Assembly: GCA_031285845.1 (NCBI GenBank)
Contig: JAITVK010000006.1
Location: forward strand, 1,286 to 65,285
Source: Propionibacteriaceae bacterium
GTDB lineage: Bacteria; Actinomycetota; Actinomycetes; Propionibacteriales; Propionibacteriaceae
Reading direction: 5' to 3'
Length of the DNA stretch: 64,000 nt
Below the pieces are notes generated by a model. That model was not told the DNA's origin, ran no database searches, and saw nothing but the letters and a program-made list of their open reading frames with translations. Shown piece after piece: positions 9,921 through 19,382 of the stretch (position 1 is the first letter of the stretch; every line of letters begins with the position of its first letter). Position numbers and translations under genes: made by a program.

Positions 9921-11255
9921 TCAGCCTTTGTAGGCGGTTCCTTCTTGGGCCGGCGCCCGGACAGTTCCGACAATACCGGCCACAGCCAGGATCGTCACCA
10001 AATAGGGCGCCATCAACATGAATTGACTGGGCACGCCGATCCCGACCACGCCGAGCGCGTTCTGTAAATTGTCGGCGAAACCGAACAGCAGCGCTGCCAG
10101 CAGCGCCCCCTTCGGTTTCCAGCCGCCGAGGATCATCGCCGCCAGAGCGATATAGCCTCGCCCGGCACTCATCTCTTTGCCGAAGGCCAGCCCGGTGGCC
10201 AGCGTGAAAAAGGCCCCGCCCAATCCGGCGATCGCCCCGCCCAGGATCGTGTTCAACACCCTGGTCCGATTGACTTTGATGCCGACCGTGTCAGCGGCCC
10301 TGGGATGCTCACCGCAGGCGCGCATCCGCAAACCCCAGCGGGAGTGGAACATCATGATCTGCAGCAGGATCACCACAGCGTACATGATGTAGACCAGGCA
10401 GCTCTGATTGAACAAGACCGTCCCGATCACGGGAATATCCGCCAACAGCGGGATGCGGACCACAGGCAACGCGAACGGGATCGAAAAGACGTCGGAGTTC
10501 GCGGTCAACACCGTCGAGAACAAATAGTTCGTCAGGCCCGTGACCAAGACATTCAACACCACGCCGACGATGATGTGATCGACCCAGTAGCGTACGGCGA
10601 ACAGCGCCAACAGGCAGCCGACCAGCGCGCCAGCCACCGGAGCGGCCAACAACCCGATCCACGCGTTCTGTGTCAACGATCCGACAACCGCTCCAAGGAA
10701 GGCCCCGCCCAACAGCTGGCCTTCGATCGACACGTTGATCACGCCGACATGCTCGCAGACCGCGCCGGCCATCGCACCGAAGATCAGTGGAACCGAGAGG
10801 AACAATGCGCCCGACAGCAACGCGGTCACTTGAAGAGCCGAGTCCTCACCCGACACCGCCCACACCAGGAAGGCGGCCACGAAAATGAGCCCGAAACCAA
10901 CACCGTACCAGGTGGTGATGTGGTGGCGGACGATCGCTTGACGCCAAGCCCAGGCGGTCATCGCCACCATGATCACGGTCATCACAGTCAAGGTGATCAA
11001 GCTGGGCAGCGACCACAAGACATCGCCGATGCCCGGGGTTCCAGTCCGAACCGAGACCTTCGAGATCGAGCCTGGATCGACGGTCAAGCAGAACACGACC
11101 GCGCCAGCCAGGGTCAGCACGGTGAAGATGATCGGGGCCTTCCATGACCGAGGGGCGAGCCCCGCGAACTCATGATCGATCTGAGGGGAACCCTGATCGG
11201 GCTTGGCCCGACGGGCAGCCTCGGCGTTGGACACCGACTCGTTGATAGTGGTCAT
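9921..11255 (-). CDS. ABC transporter permease (BMP/nucleoside-type importer, second permease)
   Basis: Polytopic membrane ORF. Its ATG overlaps the upstream permease stop (ATGA). It lies in an operon with a double-domain ATPase and a BMP lipoprotein. Confidence 0.85.
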   Translation of the reverse strand: MTTINESVSNAEAARRAKPDQGSPQIDHEFAGLAPRSWKAPIIFTVLTLAGAVVFCLTVDPGSISKVSVRTGTPGIGDVLWSLPSLITLTVMTVIMVAMTAWAWRQAIVRHHITTWYGVGFGLIFVAAFLVWAVSGEDSALQVTALLSGALFLSVPLIFGAMAGAVCEHVGVINVSIEGQLLGGAFLGAVVGSLTQNAWIGLLAAPVAGALVGCLLALFAVRYWVDHIIVGVVLNVLVTGLTNYLFSTVLTANSDVFSIPFALPVVRIPLLADIPVIGTVLFNQSCLVYIMYAVVILLQIMMFHSRWGLRMRACGEHPRAADTVGIKVNRTRVLNTILGGAIAGLGGAFFTLATGLAFGKEMSAGRGYIALAAMILGGWKPKGALLAALLFGFADNLQNALGVVGIGVPSQFMLMAPYLVTILAVAGIVGTVRAPAQEGTAYKG

Positions 11256-12496
11256 GCCGTCACCTCACTTCTCGCGACGCTGGCTTTCATGCCACGGGCT
11301 CGGCGCACCTTGTGACGTCGGCTCGGATCGGGCAAGCGGAAGATCGCCTTCACCAGCGGCGGTGCGGCGATCAGCAACACGATGACCGACTGGAGAACCA
11401 AAATGATGTCGATCGGAACCCCAGTGCCCGCTTGCATCATGTAACCTCCAGCGCGAAGCCCGCCGAACAGCAGGCCAGCTAAGACTGTGCCCAACGGCTT
11501 CGACCGGCCGAGCAAGGCGACCGTGATCGCGTCGAAACCGAACGTGGAGGCGATGTCGACGGACAACGCTTGTGAGGGCGTCCCCAACAGCGGGGCCGTG
11601 GCCGCCAGGCCGCACAGCCCACCACCGATCGTCATCACCCAGATGTACGTCGTGCGCACATTCATCCCGGAGGTCAGCGCGGCGTCCTTGTTCGCGCCGA
11701 CAGCCTTGATTCTGAATCCGAGCGTCGAACGCTCCATCAGCCACCACACGCCCACCGCCGCGGCGATGGCCAGAACGAAACCGACCGAGACCGGAGTGCC
11801 GAAAAAAGTCGGATACAACGCGTTGGCGTCGACCATCGGCGAGATCGGGTTGTTGGAACCCGGCACTCGGAAGGATTGCAGGGTCAGCAGGAAGCCGAGC
11901 AGGAAACCGGCGATCGAGTTCAACATGATCGTGACAATGACCTCGTTGGCTCCCGTGGTGGCTTTCAGAATGCCCGGAACGAAGCCCCAGATCGCGCCGC
12001 CGACGAAAGCGCCGAGCACACAGACGATCACGTGCAGGCCGACCGGCAGGTGCAAAGCGAAACCGAGGTAGGAGCAGAACACCGCTCCCAGCATGATCTG
12101 GCCTTGGCCGCCGATGTTGAACAACCCCGCCCGAAAACCCATGCCCAACGCCAACCCAGCGAAGATCAGCGGCACGGAGTTGGCCACCGTACGCGCCAAG
12201 GGCAACAGGGCCGCGCCGGAAGAGGAGGCGCCGAAGTTGACGACCGCGCCCTGGAACAGCGCGGCGTACGCTCCGCCAATCGATTGGCCCAAGGCGACAA
12301 AAAAGTCACCGGGTTGAGCGAACAAGTACGTCACGGTGCGCTGAACGTCTTCGTCCGCGGCGGCGATCAGGATGGCTCCGACCACTAGGGCGACCACGAT
12401 CGCCAGCACCACGGTCACCGCTGAAGAGTTGGTGATCTTGCGGAACGTGGCCCGCCAGTTCGGGGCCTGGGGGGCAGTGGGCGCGATGTCAGTCAT
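11252..12496 (-). CDS. ABC transporter permease (BMP/nucleoside-type importer, first permease)
   Basis: Polytopic membrane ORF that overlaps the ATPase stop by 8 nt. Confidence 0.85.
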   Translation of the reverse strand: MTDIAPTAPQAPNWRATFRKITNSSAVTVVLAIVVALVVGAILIAAADEDVQRTVTYLFAQPGDFFVALGQSIGGAYAALFQGAVVNFGASSSGAALLPLARTVANSVPLIFAGLALGMGFRAGLFNIGGQGQIMLGAVFCSYLGFALHLPVGLHVIVCVLGAFVGGAIWGFVPGILKATTGANEVIVTIMLNSIAGFLLGFLLTLQSFRVPGSNNPISPMVDANALYPTFFGTPVSVGFVLAIAAAVGVWWLMERSTLGFRIKAVGANKDAALTSGMNVRTTYIWVMTIGGGLCGLAATAPLLGTPSQALSVDIASTFGFDAITVALLGRSKPLGTVLAGLLFGGLRAGGYMMQAGTGVPIDIILVLQSVIVLLIAAPPLVKAIFRLPDPSRRHKVRRARGMKASVARSEVTA

Positions 12497-14087
12497 GATC
12501 GACTCCTTCGGACTGAACCTGATCGGTGTACGACTCTTGGCGGGTCAAGTCGAGGGCCTCGTCTGCTGCGATACCGGCCATCATCAGACCCAAAACGTTG
12601 CGATCAGTGTCGGGGGGGACGATGCCGACGAAGCGGCCCCGATACATCACAGCGATCCGATCGGCCAACGCCGTCACCTCATTGAGCTCCGTCGACACGA
12701 TCAACACCGCCGCCCCGGCGTCACGCTCAGCGATGATCTGACCATGGATGAACTCGATCGAGCCGACATCGACACCACGGGTCGGTTGGGAGGCGATGAA
12801 CACCGTCAGATCACGAGACAACTCCCGGGCCAACACGACCTTCTGCTGGTTTCCGCCTGACAGCGTCCCCATGCCGGCCTGGGCGGTGTCGGTACGAATG
12901 TCGAACTGTTCGACCTGGCGAGCGCCGTTGGCGCTGATGGCTCTGGTGTCTAAGGAACCATGGCGGGAGAAGGGCGGGTGGGTGATCTGGTCGATCACCA
13001 GATTCTCCGCCACAGAGAATCCAGCGATCATGCCATCCTTCGAGCGGTTCTCAGGGACATAGCCGACCCCGGAATCCAGAATCGTGCGCACCGACTGGTT
13101 GGTCAGATCTGTCGTGACCGCCCGCCCGGCGGCGTCTTGGGTGACCAAAGTCACCGAGCCAGCGGTCGATTTGCGCAGGCCGATCAGAACCTCGGTCAAT
13201 TCGGTCTGACCATTGCCCTGCACACCGGCGATGGTCAAGATCTCCGACTTGTGAACGTCGAAGGTGATGTCTTCCAACAGGGCACGCCCGGTTGGCTCGA
13301 CCAAGGACAAATCCTTGACCGACAGCGCCACCGGTCCGCCTTGATGCAGCGTCTTGTCCACTGACAGGTCAACCGCGCGCCCGACCATCAGCCGGGCAAG
13401 CTCGGATTGCGAGGCGGTCGGAGCGGCCTGACCGACCACCCGGCCATGCCGGATGACCGTGATGACATCGGCGACATCTTGGACTTCGCGCAGTTTGTGG
13501 GTGATGAACACGATCGAGGTCCCGGCGGCCTTGAGCTGGCGCATGATGCTCATCAACTCGTCGGTCTCCTGCGGGGTCAAAACGGCGGTCGGCTCGTCGA
13601 GGATCAGGATTTTGGCTTGTCGAGACAAGGCTTTGATGATTTCGACCCGTTGTTGGATGCCGACCGGCAGGTCTTCGACCAAGGCGTTCGGATCGACTTC
13701 GAAACCGAACCGGTCGGAGATCTGCTTGACGATGTCGCGAGCCTTGCTCACGTCGATCAGGTCGGGTCCTTTGACCGGCTCGTGGCCGAGAACAACATTC
13801 TCCGCCACGGTGAACACTGGCACGAGCATGAAATGCTGATGGACCATCCCGATGCCAGCAGCCATCGCGTCGCCTGGCCCGGCGAACTGCATTGGCTGAT
13901 CGTCGAGCAGGATCTGCCCACCGTCAGCTTCGTACAACCCATACAACACGTTCATCAGGGTCGACTTGCCGGCGCCATTCTCGCCCAGCAGGGCATGGAT
14001 CTGCCCAGGCTCGACCACCAGATCGATGTTGTCGTTGGCCACGAAGTCACCGAACTTCTTGGTGATGTGGCGCAACTCAAGTTTCAT
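12489..14087 (-). CDS. ABC transporter ATP-binding protein with two fused ATPase domains (sugar/nucleoside importer type)
   Basis: Walker A GENGAGKST. Two signature/Walker B sets (ILILDEPTAVL and LSGGNQQK...FIASQPTRGVD). SD AAGGAG lies 6 nt upstream of the ATG at 14087. Confidence 0.9.
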   Translation of the reverse strand: MKLELRHITKKFGDFVANDNIDLVVEPGQIHALLGENGAGKSTLMNVLYGLYEADGGQILLDDQPMQFAGPGDAMAAGIGMVHQHFMLVPVFTVAENVVLGHEPVKGPDLIDVSKARDIVKQISDRFGFEVDPNALVEDLPVGIQQRVEIIKALSRQAKILILDEPTAVLTPQETDELMSIMRQLKAAGTSIVFITHKLREVQDVADVITVIRHGRVVGQAAPTASQSELARLMVGRAVDLSVDKTLHQGGPVALSVKDLSLVEPTGRALLEDITFDVHKSEILTIAGVQGNGQTELTEVLIGLRKSTAGSVTLVTQDAAGRAVTTDLTNQSVRTILDSGVGYVPENRSKDGMIAGFSVAENLVIDQITHPPFSRHGSLDTRAISANGARQVEQFDIRTDTAQAGMGTLSGGNQQKVVLARELSRDLTVFIASQPTRGVDVGSIEFIHGQIIAERDAGAAVLIVSTELNEVTALADRIAVMYRGRFVGIVPPDTDRNVLGLMMAGIAADEALDLTRQESYTDQVQSEGVDHD

Positions 14088-14434
14088 GGCCTCTCCTTAT
14101 CGATTCACCCGATCCGGGTCACCAACCGTGGTGGACCCGATGATTCGGGCGGGGGTTCGAACCGGTCCGCTGGCTCGTCCACGGCTGCGGGCCTGTCGAG
14201 CAACCGAGCGAACCAGGTGTGCTCTGCGTGTGGTTAGGAATCTATCACGCGGGGAACCGGAACCGTCAACACTGGCGGGCCGATCGGCGATCCTGACTAG
14301 GCGAAGCGCCTAGCGCCGATGCGGGTCGTCGGATCAGGTCCGACGAGGTGGTTTGGACACGCGCGCCCGGTCAGACCAGCAACGCAAGCCGCTGGGTGAC
14401 CGAGTACGCGTGTCAGAGGGTCGTCCCCGTCAGC

Positions 14435-15529
14435 TCACTGCGGATCCGACGGCGAGGTCACCTTCAACTTGCCGTCAACGATCTGCTTCTTCAGATCGGT
14501 GATCTTGTCCTGAACGTCCTTGGACAGTTTCGACTCATAGTCGTGGTACGGGGCGATGCCCACGCCATCGTTGGCCAGTGTCCCGACATAGGTCGTGTTG
14601 GAGTACTTGCCTTGCGCCGTGGCCAGAATCGTGTCGTAGACGGTGACCGACATCTGCTTGACCACCGAGGTCAAGAACAGGTCTTTGAACTGCGGCGATG
14701 ACTCGTAGCCATCGGCGTCCACCCACACGATCGCCACATTGCCCGCCGCCTTGGCGGCCGCCGAAGCGCCAGCCCCGACCGGTCCGGCCACAGGCATGAT
14801 CACATCAGCGCCTTGGGAGATGAAGTTGTTCGACAGATTCTGTCCCTTGGTCTGATCATCGAAGTCACCGGTGAAAGAACCGTCCTGCTTCTCCTTGTCC
14901 CAACCCAGGACCTTGATCGACTTGGAGAAATCCTTGTTGTACTGCGCCACGCCGTCGACGAAGCCGTCCATGAAGATCGTGACCGTCGGCAGTTTGATGC
15001 CGCCGAAGGTGGCGACTGTGCCGGTCTTGGAATACCCGGCGGCGGCGTAGCCGGCCAGGAAGGCGGCGTCGGAGGTCTTGAAGATCAAGGACTTCACGTT
15101 CGGCAGGGAGATCTGATTGTCATCCAGAATGGCGAACTTCGTGTCCGGGAACTTCGTGGCTTGAGCCTTGGTCGCGTCGGACAGGTTGTAACCCACCGTG
15201 AAGGTGATGTCACACTTCTGATCCTGCATGCTGGCCAGGTTGTTGGCGTAGTCGGTCGAATCCTTCGACTCGGCCTTCTTGACCTTGATTCCGAGCTCCT
15301 TCTCCGCTCGGGTCATGCCCTCCCAACCGGACTGGTTGAAGGACCTGTCATCGAATCCGCCCGCATCAGAAATCATGCAGGCCAGGAAATCGGGATACTG
15401 CGTGGCCGCTGGAGCGGTCGTGTTCGTCCCGCCGGTTCCCGGCGCGGCGCCACAACCACTAAGCGCGACAGCTGCAGCAGCGACGATGATCGCTGATGTC
15501 GCTAACTTTTTCACTGTGAATCCAATCAT
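14435..15529 (-). CDS. BMP-family (basic membrane protein / PnrA-like) substrate-binding lipoprotein
   Basis: ATG at 15529. Lipoprotein signal MIGFTVKKLATSAIIVAAAAVALSGC. Body motifs are typical of the BMP family (DDRSFNQ, GGIKLPTV, WVDADGY). Confidence 0.88.
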   Translation of the reverse strand: MIGFTVKKLATSAIIVAAAAVALSGCGAAPGTGGTNTTAPAATQYPDFLACMISDAGGFDDRSFNQSGWEGMTRAEKELGIKVKKAESKDSTDYANNLASMQDQKCDITFTVGYNLSDATKAQATKFPDTKFAILDDNQISLPNVKSLIFKTSDAAFLAGYAAAGYSKTGTVATFGGIKLPTVTIFMDGFVDGVAQYNKDFSKSIKVLGWDKEKQDGSFTGDFDDQTKGQNLSNNFISQGADVIMPVAGPVGAGASAAAKAAGNVAIVWVDADGYESSPQFKDLFLTSVVKQMSVTVYDTILATAQGKYSNTTYVGTLANDGVGIAPYHDYESKLSKDVQDKITDLKKQIVDGKLKVTSPSDPQ

Positions 15530-15541
15530 GTTTGTCTCGGT

Positions 15542-15579
15542 GTGACCCAAGGTCACCATCTATGATGGCTCACAGTATA
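15542..15579 (-). promoter_or_regulatory. Candidate promoter/operator of the BMP nucleoside-importer operon
   Basis: On the minus strand, TATACT (15579-15574) is followed by the perfect palindrome GTGACC-N3-GGTCAC (15542-15556), 13 nt upstream of the ATG. Confidence 0.3.
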
Positions 15580-15703
15580 CCGGCGGATGGCCTGGACGGC
15601 TCAGATCGGGCAGACTCCTGTGAGCCGCGTCAGCCTCCACTTCGGCGTCCCACTGGCGTACGACCAGGGACGACGCCGAATCGCGCGACGCCAGCAACAG
15701 CCC

Positions 15704-16609
15704 TCAACCCAAGATCGACCCCAGCCAGGCGTCAGCCTGCTCGAAGTCGGCGTCCGTGGTGCCTTTGGCCGGTTTTGACGGGTACGGATCGGCTTGAGGA
15801 TACGACCCGAGGAAGATCACCTGACGGCTCGTCCGATGCAGACCAGCCAGGGCTTCTTGGACCCGACGGTCACGGACATGCCCCAAAGCGTCGATCGAGA
15901 AATAGTAGTTGCCTATTTTGTCTTTTTCGGGTCGCGACTCGATCCGGCACAGATTGACCCCGCGTAGCGCGAACTGCTCCAAGCATTCCATCAGAGCGCC
16001 GGGATGATCTTTGCGCAGATGGACCACCAGACTCGTCTTGTCCCGGCCGGTCGCCGCTCCTGGAGCGCCAGATCGACCAACCAAGACGAAGCGGGTGACC
16101 GCGTCGGGGTTGTCCGCGATGTCGGTCGCCACCGCCTCCAGACCGTACAATTGCCCAGCCACAGCCGCGCAGATCGCGGCGTCGAATTCCGATTCCGGGT
16201 CGGCCACCTCAGCGGCGGCCGCCGCCGTCGACCCCTGCTGGGTCACCGTCGCTTGGGGCAGATTCGCTTCGACCCAGCCCCTGACCTGAGCGGCGGCATG
16301 AGGATGGGTGATGATGTGGCGCACCTCGGACATGGTCGTGCCCGCCCGAACGTACAAGCCGAATCGGACGGGCAGGAGCACCTCGGCGATGATCTGCAGG
16401 CCACTAGATTGCGCCAACGCGTCGATCGTGGCCGAAACCCCGCCTTCGACCGAGTTCTCGATCGGGACCAGCCCGGCGCGGACCTGGCCTTGACGGACCG
16501 CGTCCAAGGTCGCCCCGACCGAGGCGTACGGCTGGACTGGTTCGTCGAAACGCAGACTGAGCAACGCTTGATGAGTGAAGGTGCCTTGGGGGCCGAAATA
16601 TCCGAGCAT
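15704..16609 (-). CDS. pheA: Prephenate dehydratase
   Basis: N-terminus YFGPQGTFTHQA, the ITHPHA motif, and a C-terminal ACT region with ESRP...YYFSIDALGH. Confidence 0.9.
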   Translation of the reverse strand: MLGYFGPQGTFTHQALLSLRFDEPVQPYASVGATLDAVRQGQVRAGLVPIENSVEGGVSATIDALAQSSGLQIIAEVLLPVRFGLYVRAGTTMSEVRHIITHPHAAAQVRGWVEANLPQATVTQQGSTAAAAAEVADPESEFDAAICAAVAGQLYGLEAVATDIADNPDAVTRFVLVGRSGAPGAATGRDKTSLVVHLRKDHPGALMECLEQFALRGVNLCRIESRPEKDKIGNYYFSIDALGHVRDRRVQEALAGLHRTSRQVIFLGSYPQADPYPSKPAKGTTDADFEQADAWLGSILG

Positions 16610-16779
16610 GACCCACAGACTACCGATGCCGGCCTGGCGACGCCTCCCGCTGTCTCACGACGGGGGGTGCCACGGAAATACTCACACCGTCCGGAAGCGT
16701 CGGCTATCGGCTCGTCGTCTGGTCAGGCCGCCTCACATGGTCGGCGCTCAGGCCATCAGCACTGTCCGACTCAAGCACG

Positions 16780-17232
16780 TCAGGCCGGTCGGCGTTCGAC
16801 GATGGCCACCACGTGGGTGCGCTGGCGCACCTCGCCATGCTGATTGACGGAGTCGTAATCCAATTCGACCACGCCGCGGGCTGGATTCGACTTCGAGGCT
16901 CTGACCGAAGTGACCTCCAGATCCAGGTGGAGACGGTCGCCAGGGCGAGTCGGGGTCGGCCAGGTCAGGCGAACCTCAGCGCCCATGATCCCGACAAAAC
17001 CGGAGGCGACCACCAGACGCATCGTGACTGCGGCGGTGTGCCAACCCGACGCCGCCAACCCATCGAACGGGGTCTGGGCCGCCTCCTCCTGGCTGAGGTG
17101 GCCCGGCTGTGGATCCCAACGCTTGGCGAACGTCATGATGTCTTCGTCAGTGATCTCCAACTCTTGGCTACCGTGATAGCGGTCACCCACATGAAAGTCT
17201 TCGAGCCACATGATTGCCGTCATGACCTCCAT
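16780..17232 (-). CDS. MaoC-like (hot-dog fold) dehydratase
   Basis: LEDFHVGD...ITDEDIMTFAKRWDPQP...GLAASGWHTAAV is typical of the MaoC dehydratase domain. The start is uncertain (ATG at 17232 or 17223). Confidence 0.75.
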   Translation of the reverse strand: MEVMTAIMWLEDFHVGDRYHGSQELEITDEDIMTFAKRWDPQPGHLSQEEAAQTPFDGLAASGWHTAAVTMRLVVASGFVGIMGAEVRLTWPTPTRPGDRLHLDLEVTSVRASKSNPARGVVELDYDSVNQHGEVRQRTHVVAIVERRPA

Positions 17233-17392
17233 CCTATGAGGTTCAGCCCCTAGTCGCGTTGAACCGACCATCCTCGGCCATGGGGAGTCGACCATGGTGA
17301 CGGTTCAGCCGCAGGTCTCCTCGGATCGCCTGCGACCTCAGTCGTACGACATCCGCGGTCGACACCACTCGATCAGGTCAGGCGGTCGGTGT

Positions 17393-18421
17393 TCAGCGAT
17401 CAAGTCCGGCGGGCCGAGGCCGGCACTGGGCCGAGGACCCGCGCATCACCAGCTCGGGCTCGAACAACAGCTCTTGAACCAACGGGTCCTCGCCGTCGAT
17501 CAATCGGACCAGGGCGTCGACGGCGGCCCGACCCATCGGTTCGATCGGCTGGCGAACGGTGGTCAGGGCGGGGTCGGTCGAATTCATCAGTGCTGAGTCG
17601 TCGTACCCCACGACCGAGATGTCACCCGGAACGCTCAGACCGGCCCGCCGCACCGCCCGAATCGCGCCGAGCGCAAGCATGTCAGAGGCACAGACGATGC
17701 CTGTCGCCCCCGCGGCGATCAGTTGCGCGGCCGAGGCCTGACCGGCTTCGATCGAGTACTGACTGTGGACGACCCACTCATCACCGATCTCTCGCCCATT
17801 CTGCCCGGCCCACTGACGCGCGCCGGCCAGCTTGAGCTCCGAGGGAACGTGGTCGGCCGGGCCGAGCAGGATCCCGATCGAGGTGTGGCCGAGCGTGTGC
17901 AAATGGTTGAGAGCCTGGGCCGAGGCGATGCGATCGTCACAACAGACGCGCGAGAACGGCATTGTCTCCACCGCCGCATTGATCAACACCACCGGCAGAC
18001 CGACGTCATGCAGACGCCGGTAATGGTCGTGGGAGGCCCGACGCTCGGAGAACAATCCGCCGACGAAGATCACACCCGAGACCTGCTGATCCAGCAGCAG
18101 GTCGACGTACTCCTGCTCGGTGATCCCTCCGGCCGAGCGGGTGCACAACACGGGCGTGAAACGCTGCTGAGCCAGCGCGCCGCCGACGACTTCGGCGAAT
18201 TCGGGGAAGATCGGGTTGGCCAGCTCTGGCAGCACCAATCCGACCAGTCGCGACCGATCACCGCGCAGTTTCGTCGGGCGTTCGTAGCCCAGCACGTCCA
18301 GCGCGGTCAGCACCGCGTCGCGGGTCGACTGCGACACGCCGGGTTTGTCATTCAAGACCCGCGACACCGTCGCCTCACTGACACCGACCTTTTGGGCCAC
18401 ATCCGACAATCTTCCTGACAT
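17393..18421 (-). CDS. LacI-family transcriptional regulator
   Basis: HTH MSGRLSDVAQKVGVSEATVSRVLNDKPGVSQSTRDAVL followed by a periplasmic-binding-like sugar domain. ATG at 18421. The upstream part of the 439-aa track ORF is not coding. Confidence 0.9.
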   Translation of the reverse strand: MSGRLSDVAQKVGVSEATVSRVLNDKPGVSQSTRDAVLTALDVLGYERPTKLRGDRSRLVGLVLPELANPIFPEFAEVVGGALAQQRFTPVLCTRSAGGITEQEYVDLLLDQQVSGVIFVGGLFSERRASHDHYRRLHDVGLPVVLINAAVETMPFSRVCCDDRIASAQALNHLHTLGHTSIGILLGPADHVPSELKLAGARQWAGQNGREIGDEWVVHSQYSIEAGQASAAQLIAAGATGIVCASDMLALGAIRAVRRAGLSVPGDISVVGYDDSALMNSTDPALTTVRQPIEPMGRAAVDALVRLIDGEDPLVQELLFEPELVMRGSSAQCRPRPAGLDR

Positions 18422-18427
18422 GGTGCC

Positions 18428-18433
18428 AGTATA
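18428..18433 (-). promoter_or_regulatory. -10 box (TATACT) 6 nt upstream of the LacI-family ATG; predicted leaderless transcript
   Basis: The minus strand reads GTTATACTGGCACC-ATG. Confidence 0.4.
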
Positions 18434-18554
18434 ACGATGTGGGAGGCTCACTTTCGCAAGAATTGCGTCGATGGACCGAAAGAGTTGGCGTACCTGTGGG
18501 AAGAACCGTACTGTGAGTCCGTTTCGAGGGGGAGCCGATCTGGTTGACCCCGGC

Positions 18555-19364
18555 TCAGCGGAAGGTCGTCGGACCGTCGAGCGGCATCGGCGAAGCCTCG
18601 GCGTCATCGGCTGTGAACGGGCGTGCCCCACCCAACCACCGATCAAGCTCCAGATCGTCGAGGATCCGGTAGGGGAAGTACGCGGCGGCCGCTCGTCGTA
18701 CCAACGCCGCACCGGACACCGACTGACCGGCGGCCACCACCAGGTTGCCGAACCGACGGCCCTTCAGAGTCGATGGCTCAGCCCCGACGACCACGGGTGC
18801 GAACTGACCAGCGATCCCAGCGACCACCCGACGCGCGTAGTGGAAAGGCGCTTGATCGGTCAGATTCATGATCATCACCCCGGCCGCTCCGATGACCCGA
18901 CGCACTTGCGCGAACCAGGTGACCTCACCCAGCGCGGCTGGAACCCGCGCCCCGACGAAAGCGTCGACAATCACCAGGTCGACGTAGTCGTCGCCCAGCG
19001 CCATCACACCAGCCACGCCGTCACTGGGCCGTACCTTGATCCCACTGTGCTTCGGCAGCGGGGCCACTTCACGAACAGCCGCCGTCAGGGACTCATCCGG
19101 TTCGAACACGATCTGCGCCGACGTCGCCCGGGTGTGAGCGATGTAGCGCGGCAGAGTCATCCCGGCTCCGCCGACGTGGACCGCCCGAATTCTCTGGCCC
19201 ACCGGGAAAGCCGTGTCGATGACATCGGCCACGCGTTGGACGTAGTCGAACTCCAGATAGGTCGGGTCGTACGGGTCGACGTACGACTGGTCGGTTCCAT
19301 CGACCCGGACCATCCACGAGCCAGGACGCTCATGGTCGGGCACCAGACGCGGATCAGTCATCAC
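18555..19364 (-). CDS. Spermidine-synthase-like class I methyltransferase-fold protein
   Basis: Actinobacterial spermidine-synthase-like pattern (VHVGGAGMTLPRY, DLVIVDAF). It starts 18 nt after the lysS stop, with AGGAGG upstream. Confidence 0.65.
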   Translation of the reverse strand: MMTDPRLVPDHERPGSWMVRVDGTDQSYVDPYDPTYLEFDYVQRVADVIDTAFPVGQRIRAVHVGGAGMTLPRYIAHTRATSAQIVFEPDESLTAAVREVAPLPKHSGIKVRPSDGVAGVMALGDDYVDLVIVDAFVGARVPAALGEVTWFAQVRRVIGAAGVMIMNLTDQAPFHYARRVVAGIAGQFAPVVVGAEPSTLKGRRFGNLVVAAGQSVSGAALVRRAAAAYFPYRILDDLELDRWLGGARPFTADDAEASPMPLDGPTTFR

Positions 19365-19382
19365 ACACCCCTCCTGGCGCGC

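Noticed and set aside
12612-12618. G7/C7 homopolymer inside the ABC ATPase gene as a phase-variation tract
   Set aside because: It is in frame (encoding Pro-Pro) within a conserved housekeeping-type gene. A 7-mer in GC-rich DNA is unremarkable.
14154-14163. tRNA T-arm-like GGTTCGAACC
   Set aside because: It is only a 10-bp palindrome. The flanks cannot form a T-stem, acceptor stem or anticodon arm.
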